This document shows positions 39,459 to 45,358 of a stretch of DNA of 45,358 bases, in pieces; within the stretch, counting starts at the first letter, position 1; each line of letters begins with the position of its first letter. Position numbers and translations under genes: made by a program. Under the pieces are notes generated by a model. That model saw only the letters and a list, made by a program, of their open reading frames with translations. It was not told the origin of the DNA and made no database searches. The DNA is taken from positions 1 through 45,358 of the forward strand of contig CAYXVS010000001.1 of NCBI GenBank assembly GCA_964468735.1, read 5' to 3'. This DNA comes from an uncultured Anaerolineales bacterium (GTDB taxonomy: Bacteria > Chloroflexota > Anaerolineae > B4-G1 > SLSP01).

Positions 39459-40730
39459 TCACGACGCCGCGTCCTGGCCGGCTAAATATCCGCCGGAGAA
39501 GGCTGCTTGGAGGTTGAATCCGCCCGTGTCGGCGGCGAGATCCAACACCTCGCCCGCGAAGTACAGGCCCTCGATTTTGCGGGAGGCAAAGGTGATCGGG
39601 TCGATCTCCTTGAGGGCGACGCCGCCCGCCGTGACCATCCCCGATTCTAACGGCAGCGAGCCGGTGATCTGCCAGCGGAAATCTTTCAGCAGGCGCGCGA
39701 TGTGCGCCCGTTCCTCGGCGCGGATGGTGTGGATCGGGCGCGAGGCATCGACGCCGCTGAGGCGCGCCAACACATCGGCCAATCCGGTGGGCACCCAGCC
39801 CTTGAGCAGCCGCCGCAGATGCCGCTGAGAAAAGTGCTCGAACTCGCGTTGCAGCCGCGCCTGCACCTGATCGTCGGTCATCCCCGGCTTGAGGTCAATC
39901 GAGAGGATCACATCGTTGCCCGCGCGCAGGGCATCGACCACACCCAGCGACGCGGTGAGGATCATCGGCCCGGAGACGCCGAAGTGGGTGAAGAGCATCT
40001 CGCCCGTCGGCGGCATCGGGTAGGGCAAGCGCAATTCTTTAAGCTTGCCCTTCGGCTTCTTGACGTAAAAGGTGCAGCGCGAATTCCGCAAGCTCACGCC
40101 CTGAAGCTCCTTGGCCTGCGCGCGGTTCTCCACGGTGAGGGGCACGAGCGCGGGGCGCAGCGGCGCGACCGTGTGGCCGACCTCCTGCGCCATCCGATAG
40201 CCGTCGCCGGTGGAGCCGGTGGCCTGCCAGGAAGCGCCGCCCGTCGTCACGATGACGGCATCCGCCGGCAAGCGCTCACCGCTCCACAAGAAGACGCCCT
40301 TGGCGACGTCCCCCTCCACCCAGAGGCGATGCACCTCCGCCAGATAGCGGATCTCGGCGCCGTGTTGGGTCGCGTAGCGCACGAGCGCGTTGCGCACCTC
40401 GGTGGCCTCGCCCGACGTGGGGAAGATGCGCCCGCCGCGCTCGACCTGCGTTTCGACGCCGTAGCGCGCTAACAACGCCAACAGTTCCTCGCGGAAGAAG
40501 CGATAGTAGGCATTGCGCAAAAATTGCCCCTGCGGGCCATAATGCGCCAAGAATTTCTCCAGCGGCGCGGCGTTGGAGAGATTACAGCGCTCCTTGCCGC
40601 TGACCAGGATCTTGTTCCCGGCCTCGCGCATCTTCTCGATCAACAGCACATCCGCGCCCAACTCGGCGGCCCGTCCGGCGGCCATCAAGCCGGCGGCCCC
40701 GGCCCCGACAACGATCACACGCTTACTCAT
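39459..40730 (-). CDS. HI0933/BaiN-family FAD-dependent flavoprotein
   Basis: 423-aa ORF. VIVVGAGAAGLMAA dinucleotide fold, GGASWQATGSTGDGY, and the C-terminal GLYFAGEVLDLAADTGGFNLQAAFSGGYLAG. Confidence 0.85.
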   Translation of the reverse strand: MSKRVIVVGAGAAGLMAAGRAAELGADVLLIEKMREAGNKILVSGKERCNLSNAAPLEKFLAHYGPQGQFLRNAYYRFFREELLALLARYGVETQVERGGRIFPTSGEATEVRNALVRYATQHGAEIRYLAEVHRLWVEGDVAKGVFLWSGERLPADAVIVTTGGASWQATGSTGDGYRMAQEVGHTVAPLRPALVPLTVENRAQAKELQGVSLRNSRCTFYVKKPKGKLKELRLPYPMPPTGEMLFTHFGVSGPMILTASLGVVDALRAGNDVILSIDLKPGMTDDQVQARLQREFEHFSQRHLRRLLKGWVPTGLADVLARLSGVDASRPIHTIRAEERAHIARLLKDFRWQITGSLPLESGMVTAGGVALKEIDPITFASRKIEGLYFAGEVLDLAADTGGFNLQAAFSGGYLAGQDAAS

Positions 40731-41268
40731 ACTTCCCCCGTTCTAATCCCACCACGATCAGTCGCAACGTTGTCTCCTCCGATTTATTTTCCAGATGATG
40801 ATACGCGCCCGCCCGCACCAAACACGCATCCCCCGGTCGCAGCGGGCGCGCGACGATGGGGCTGCCGGGCGTGGGACGATGATAGAGCATTCCCTCGCCC
40901 GCAACAACATAGTAGATGCGATCCTGCGCCTCGGCGATTGGCTCCCCAGACGTAGCCCCCGGCGTCAGGCACACATCGTGCAGGAAGGCGAAGGTCGCAT
41001 CCGCCAGCAGATCTTCTTCCGTGCCGGATAGCTCGCTGAAGAGCCACCGCACAACCATCTCCTGTCCCTTGCCCCCTGCCTCCTGCCCCTTGTCATATTG
41101 CACCGCCTTGATGTTCATCGCGCGTTTGTAGATCACGCCCGCGATCTGGTCGTGGGGCGCGCGGTTGATGTTGGCCCACGCCCCCGGCTGATGAAAGTCC
41201 TCCGCCGGGATAGGAGCCGGCTTCCAGGGCTGATCGTTGCGCTCGTCGTGTTGATCGTGATCAGCCAT
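40723..41268 (-). CDS. Cupin-fold protein (motif-1 histidines absent)
   Basis: 181-aa ORF. IYYVVAGEG...RPLRPGDACLVRAGAYHHLEN fits cupin motifs. No HxH is visible in motif 1. Confidence 0.6.
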   Translation of the reverse strand: MADHDQHDERNDQPWKPAPIPAEDFHQPGAWANINRAPHDQIAGVIYKRAMNIKAVQYDKGQEAGGKGQEMVVRWLFSELSGTEEDLLADATFAFLHDVCLTPGATSGEPIAEAQDRIYYVVAGEGMLYHRPTPGSPIVARPLRPGDACLVRAGAYHHLENKSEETTLRLIVVGLERGKYE

Positions 41269-41271
41269 AGC

Positions 41272-42597
41272 TCACACCGCCGTCTCTTGCCCCACGGAGA
41301 TTCGCGCCACATCAGCTTGGGCGATGATGTGGCGCGCCGCCTCGTAGGTAATCGTATCGCACAGCACCACGGCAGGCATATCCAATGCAGCGCGTCGCAG
41401 GGCCGCCGCGCGCGTCATCACGTGGCCGATCATCATATATTCGCGCCGTGGCTCGCTGCCCAGCGAGCCGCAGAAGGCCTCGCCGGTCGCCACGCCGATG
41501 GCGCAGGCTAGATTTTGTTCGGCCAGCGCCTCGTGGACTTTCAGCGCCGCCTGGATGCCGCGCTCTGGATCATCGCTGTGAGAGAGCGGCGGCAACCCCA
41601 TCGCCGCCGTCAGGATCACGCCCTGATTGGCGGAATTGAGGGCGTCCACGCTGCCCGCGTGCCGATAGAGCGCCATCTGCGTCGCGCGCATCGCCGCCTG
41701 GATCTGATCCAGCGGGGCATCGTCGCCCAGCGTCGGCAGGTGAATGGAAAGCACCGTGAGCGGCCGAATCTCCGCCGGCCAACCCGCCGGGTTCTTCTTG
41801 AAATGGTTCAGCACCGCGCCGGGGATGTAGGAGCGCAGCGCCTTCTCTATCTCCAGACTCAAGGGCGGCGGCGGCGATTCGACCGGCGGCAGGGGATAGC
41901 GCACATCCTCCAGCCGAAAACCACCCTGGGGTAAGCTCTCGCCGATACACTGGCTCTCGATTAGCTCTTGCGCGCGCGCCGAAAGCCGGATCGCGCCGGA
42001 AGAGGCCCCCCCGGCCAGGGTGCGCGCATTCCCCACCGGCGCGCCGATGGTCAAGATCTCCCAGCGGCCCAGCGAGCCGCCGACGCCCGCGATGCGCACC
42101 TCGCCCACCGCCACGCCCACGCTTAGCGAGAGGCTCAGGGCATCGGTGGCGGCGTAGTCGTGCAACATTCGACGCAGGGTCAGCCCGCACTGCGCAGCCC
42201 GCCGCGCCAGGGTCGCCAACGACGTCTCACTCCCGTTTTCCCTCTCGGCGGGCCAGATGGCCAGCGCGCCCCGCGCCGAGCACTTGATCACGTCGCCGCC
42301 CTGGACCTTGACGAAATCGACCAACTGGCCGAAGTAGGCGTTGAGCGCGTTCGAGAGCGAGACCTCGGGCGACGTCGCCTGCGCGGAACGGCTCTCGACT
42401 AAGGCGGAGACGCCCGCCACATCCACGTAGAGCGCGGCCGCCGGGAAGCTCTGCTCCCACGGCGTTTTCGCTACGTCGGGGCGCTGATGGAGATGACGCA
42501 CCACGTACAGCGGCACATAACTCGCCAATGACTCCAGCAGTTCCATCTCCTCCTGCTCTTCCATAGAGGCCATCGACGAGGTGATGTCATTATCCAT
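41272..42597 (-). CDS. Tandem class III cyclase-homology-domain protein (sAC-like C1-C2), catalytic residues apparently degenerate
   Basis: I place the start at ATG 42597 (MDNDITSS...). The track start at 42651 is a TTG inside a REP-like palindrome. CHD1: AALYVDVAGVSAL...GGDVIKCSARGALAIW...SVGVAVGEV. CHD2: LTVLSIHLPT...GLPPLSHSDDPERGIQAAL...REYMMIGHVMTRAAAL. Confidence 0.6.
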   Translation of the reverse strand: MDNDITSSMASMEEQEEMELLESLASYVPLYVVRHLHQRPDVAKTPWEQSFPAAALYVDVAGVSALVESRSAQATSPEVSLSNALNAYFGQLVDFVKVQGGDVIKCSARGALAIWPAERENGSETSLATLARRAAQCGLTLRRMLHDYAATDALSLSLSVGVAVGEVRIAGVGGSLGRWEILTIGAPVGNARTLAGGASSGAIRLSARAQELIESQCIGESLPQGGFRLEDVRYPLPPVESPPPPLSLEIEKALRSYIPGAVLNHFKKNPAGWPAEIRPLTVLSIHLPTLGDDAPLDQIQAAMRATQMALYRHAGSVDALNSANQGVILTAAMGLPPLSHSDDPERGIQAALKVHEALAEQNLACAIGVATGEAFCGSLGSEPRREYMMIGHVMTRAAALRRAALDMPAVVLCDTITYEAARHIIAQADVARISVGQETAV

Positions 42598-42673
42598 ATC
42601 ACTTGTCCTTTTTATGTGAATCCTTACGAAGGGTTCGCAAGCATTTCTCAATTCGAAAATCCGCGTAACTACT

Positions 42674-42853
42674 TTGACAATGTCACATTAACTGCCTGGC
42701 GAATAAATTCGCGGCTACATTTGCGAAACCGGCCTTCGCCGGTTCAATCTTAGTCGCCGAAGGGCGACTTCGCAGTGGTGGCCCGTGGTTTTTCTTTGAC
42801 CCAACGGCCCGATGGCCGTGGGAACCGCCGGGCCTCAAATGTGACATTGTCAA
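42674..42853. mobile_element. 180-bp MITE-like element: 16-bp terminal inverted repeats, CTACT flanking duplication, internal hairpin cluster
   Basis: TTGACAATGTCACATT (42674-42689) and AATGTGACATTGTCAA (42838-42853) are perfect reverse complements. CTACT is at 42669-42673 and 42855-42859. The interior holds GCGAAT-AA-ATTCGC, AACCGGC-CTTC-GCCGGTT, GTCGCC-GAAG-GGCGAC and ACGGCC-CGAT-GGCCGT. Confidence 0.7.
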
Positions 42854-42886
42854 GCTACTCAGATTTCTACGGAAGGTGTGGAAACC

Positions 42887-43915
42887 TCAAGCGCCCAACA
42901 TCCCGCCAGGACGCCGATGACGCACGGCTGCCACCTCCGAGAGGATCGAGAGCGCGATCATCGCGGGCGCGCGGCCGCCGATATTCAAGCCTACCGGGCC
43001 GTGGATGCGGGCCAGATCCTCCTCGGTGAAGCCAGCCTCTTGCAACTGCGCGCGGCGCTCGGCCTGGGTCTTGCGGCTACCCAAGAATCCGATGTAGAAG
43101 GCGTCGCTCTCCAGCGCCAAGGTCAGCGCGGGGAGATCGAATTTCGGATCATGGAAGAGCACGACGATGGCCCAACCCGGCCCAAAATCCTCCGGCGTGA
43201 AGAGATCCTGCGGCCATCCAAACGCGATATGGGCATTGGGGAAGCGATCCTCGCGCAGGAAGGCGCGGCGCGCGTCGCTCACGACGACCTGAAAATCCAG
43301 AACGTTCGCCATCTCCGCCAAAGGGATGGCGATGTCGGTCGCGCCGAAGATCAGCAGGGTGGGCGGCGGCGGCGCCACTTCCACAAAGACCTGGCCCTGC
43401 GGATAGTCGTGCTTTTTAGCATGCGGCCCTGGCCATAATTCTACCATATCCGCCACAACCGCTTGATCTAACGCCGGATCGCCAAGCGAGCCGTGGATCT
43501 CACCGGAGACGGTGCGCAGCAGGTGAACGGGTGTATCCGTGCGCGTAGCGAATCCGACCGGACGCCGGGCCTCGATCTCCGTGATGAAGGTCTCGTAGAT
43601 GGGCGACCAGCGCTCGACGAGCACATCGATGGCGCCGCCGCACGAGAGGCCCGCGCCCCACGCTTCCTCGTCGCTGACGCCGAAGAAGGGCCGGCGGATG
43701 AGCGCGTCTTTATGCAGCACCATTTCCATTTCGGCCACCGCGTCGCCATCGACGCAGCCGCTGCTCACCGAGCCAGCCACGTCGCCCTCCGCCGTGATCG
43801 CCATCCGCGTGCCCGCCGGACGCAGCGAGGAGCCGCGCGTCTCCACAATCGTGGCCAGCGCGATTTCTTTGTCCTCCGCCAGCCATTCGCGTAAGGTCTC
43901 GATAATATCTCGCAT
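42887..43915 (-). CDS. XdhC/CoxI-family molybdoenzyme maturation protein
   Basis: 342-aa ORF. N-terminal IALATIVETRGSSLRPAGTRMAIT..GDVAGSVSSGCVD and a C-terminal Rossmann-like LLIFGATDIA. Confidence 0.85.
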   Translation of the reverse strand: MRDIIETLREWLAEDKEIALATIVETRGSSLRPAGTRMAITAEGDVAGSVSSGCVDGDAVAEMEMVLHKDALIRRPFFGVSDEEAWGAGLSCGGAIDVLVERWSPIYETFITEIEARRPVGFATRTDTPVHLLRTVSGEIHGSLGDPALDQAVVADMVELWPGPHAKKHDYPQGQVFVEVAPPPPTLLIFGATDIAIPLAEMANVLDFQVVVSDARRAFLREDRFPNAHIAFGWPQDLFTPEDFGPGWAIVVLFHDPKFDLPALTLALESDAFYIGFLGSRKTQAERRAQLQEAGFTEEDLARIHGPVGLNIGGRAPAMIALSILSEVAAVRHRRPGGMLGA

Positions 43916-43937
43916 TTTGGGCCTCCTTTATGCAATC

Positions 43938-44765
43938 TTAGGCAATGTCGCTGGGGTCCCAGCTCACGCGCAGGCCGCGATCTAACTCGTCCAGGCGGGC
44001 CATATCCTCCGGCGCAATCTCGAAATCGAAGACATCGGCGTTCGCACGAATGTGCTCCTTGGTGGAGGATTTGGGGATCACCACCACGCGATGTTGCAAG
44101 GCCCAGCGGATGAGGATCTGGGCCGGGGATTTGCCGTGCTTTTCCGCGATGGCAACCAACGGCGGATCATCTAGCATTCGGCCCTTGGTCAGCGGGCTGT
44201 AGGCTTCCAATTGGATCCCGTGCTCGCGGCAGTAGGCCAACAGCTCCTCTTGATAGAGGTAGGGACTGAACTCCACCTGATTGACCGCCGGCGCGACGTC
44301 GGCCCAGGAAAGCAGCTCTTCCAGGTGCTGGATGGTGTAGTTGCTCACGCCGATGGCGCGGCATTGGTCGGTCTCCAGCAGGGTTTGGAGCGCGCGCCAG
44401 CTCTCATCGCGCTGCTGGCTGATGGGCCAGTGAATGAGGTAGAGATCGATGTAGCCCAGGTCTAACTTGCGCAGGCTCTCATCGAAGGCGCGCAGCGCTT
44501 GATCAAATCCGTGGTCGCTGTTCCATAATTTTGTAGTAATGAACACCTCCTCGCGCGGCACGCCGCTCTGGCGCACCGCCTTGCCGACCTCGACCTCGTT
44601 GCCGTAGAGCTTGGCCGTGTCGATGTGGCGATAGCCGGCCTCCAAGGCCCAGCGCACGGCTCGGATCGTGCCCTGGCCGCTGCCCGCCTGGTAGACGCCC
44701 AAGCCGAACATCGGCATCGCCACGCCGTTGTTTAATGTCACTCGACTGTCTATCATTAAATCCAT
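43938..44765 (-). CDS. Aldo-keto reductase (DkgA-like)
   Basis: I place the start at ATG 44765 (GGAGAAAGGAG upstream) rather than the track start at 44819. LNNGVAMPMFGLGVYQ, HIDTAKLYGNE, LIHWP, VIPKSS. Confidence 0.88.
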   Translation of the reverse strand: MDLMIDSRVTLNNGVAMPMFGLGVYQAGSGQGTIRAVRWALEAGYRHIDTAKLYGNEVEVGKAVRQSGVPREEVFITTKLWNSDHGFDQALRAFDESLRKLDLGYIDLYLIHWPISQQRDESWRALQTLLETDQCRAIGVSNYTIQHLEELLSWADVAPAVNQVEFSPYLYQEELLAYCREHGIQLEAYSPLTKGRMLDDPPLVAIAEKHGKSPAQILIRWALQHRVVVIPKSSTKEHIRANADVFDFEIAPEDMARLDELDRGLRVSWDPSDIA

Positions 44766-44824
44766 ACTATCTCCTTTCTCCTTCGGATAAATTGACGATT
44801 TGCAATCGTCTACGCCCATTTACT

Positions 44825-45199
44825 TTATTTATTTGGGGGTGGCTCAACCTTGTTTGCTTCCGGCTCGTCATATCCTCCATAAAGGCCTTCATATCCTGAA
44901 TGCTTCCAAGCATAATCAAGTATATAATCCAACTCAGTTTGATTTTCAATGAAATCAGAATTGAGTTCTGTCAGTTCAGGATATTCACCCCATACAATAC
45001 GTCTCATAAATATTGCGTATTCTTCCGTGTTTGGCTGAATATTCACGCCTTCTGCTTCCATAAATGCGTGGATGATTTGTTTTGCCTGTCTTTCCTGCCT
45101 TGTCTGTATGTATTTATTCCCCAGTAAGAGTACCAGCAGAACAACTGCGCCCCCAACAATAGCCCATAAAAGTATTGTCACTAGTTTTTTGTTCTGCAT
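44825..45199 (-). CDS. Low-G+C orphan protein with N-terminal membrane anchor
   Basis: 124-aa ORF. TM helix LVTILLWAIVGGAVVLLVLLL followed by an acidic/aromatic domain. Composition is strikingly AT-rich compared with its neighbours. No family recognised. Confidence 0.5.
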   Translation of the reverse strand: MQNKKLVTILLWAIVGGAVVLLVLLLGNKYIQTRQERQAKQIIHAFMEAEGVNIQPNTEEYAIFMRRIVWGEYPELTELNSDFIENQTELDYILDYAWKHSGYEGLYGGYDEPEANKVEPPPNK

Positions 45200-45299
45200 T
45201 GCAAAGCCCTTTTGTTGTTAGCTTCTCAAAATTGCCTTTCGGAACCCAAAAGATATTTCACGTACTTCAAGCGCCGTCCAAAACCTTCGCAAGGTACGC

Positions 45300-45358
45300 C
45301 TATTTCGGGCCCCAGGTGTTGCTCTCGATTTGGCCATCATCGTAGACGCGCACGACCT
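45300..45358 (-). CDS. 3' end of an unidentified CDS running off the right window edge
   Basis: The reverse complement reads ...VVRVYDDGQIESNTWGPK then TAG (45300-45302). High-G+C coding-like composition, but only 18 codons are visible. Confidence 0.3.
   Translation of the reverse strand, partial: VVRVYDDGQIESNTWGPK

Noticed and set aside
42675-42703. TTGACA in the MITE terminal repeat as a functional -35 box
   Set aside because: No -10-like hexamer occurs at 16-18-nt spacing (TGGCGA is at the expected position). It is kept only as a speculative remark.

Overview
This is a 45.4-kb high-G+C bacterial chromosomal segment. I recognised no rRNA, tRNA or CRISPR array. The gene content (many cytoplasmic PAS/GAF sensor kinases, a serpin, a DUF385/F420-type protein, clusters of short GC hairpins between genes) suggests a Chloroflexota-like organism, but that is inference only.

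There are three transcription blocks:
- Minus strand, 236-17613: fused formimidoyltransferase-cyclodeaminase, DUF1232, two large sensor kinases, an HhH/coiled-coil protein, a bPH2 protein, DUF385, a serpin lipoprotein, an ABC exporter, a nucleoside hydrolase, a family-5-like UDG and a SprT-like metalloprotease.
- Plus strand, 18169-31003: TPR protein + HPD-less J protein + GrpE + short Hsp70; a BMP-type nucleoside ABC importer; a low-G+C two-gene island (PD-(D/E)xK restriction-endonuclease-like protein + Pol-beta-fold nucleotidyltransferase); a frameshifted DUF4332 gene; PncC.
- Minus strand, 31242-45358: degenerate MBL-fold protein, AlaX, two GAF sensor kinases interleaved with two deoxynucleoside-kinase paralogues, an HI0933-type flavoprotein, a cupin, a tandem degenerate cyclase-homology-domain protein, XdhC, an aldo-keto reductase and a low-G+C orphan.

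Non-coding highlights:
- A ~96-nt palindromic interspersed element in 3 full copies plus 1 half copy, including copies at both strand-switch regions. It falsely extends the N-terminus of one sensor-kinase ORF in the ORF track.
- A 180-bp MITE-like element with 16-bp terminal inverted repeats and a CTACT flanking duplication.
- REP-like hairpins with a TTGCGAA core.
- Short tandem G-poor repeats in several 5' leaders.

The best candidates for an undescribed system are (i) the TPR/J-like(HPP)/GrpE/Hsp70 module, (ii) the orphan nuclease + nucleotidyltransferase island and (iii) the dNK-GAF kinase-dNK-GAF/PAS kinase-AlaX operon. All functional calls rest on by-eye motif recognition. No database search or computation was run.
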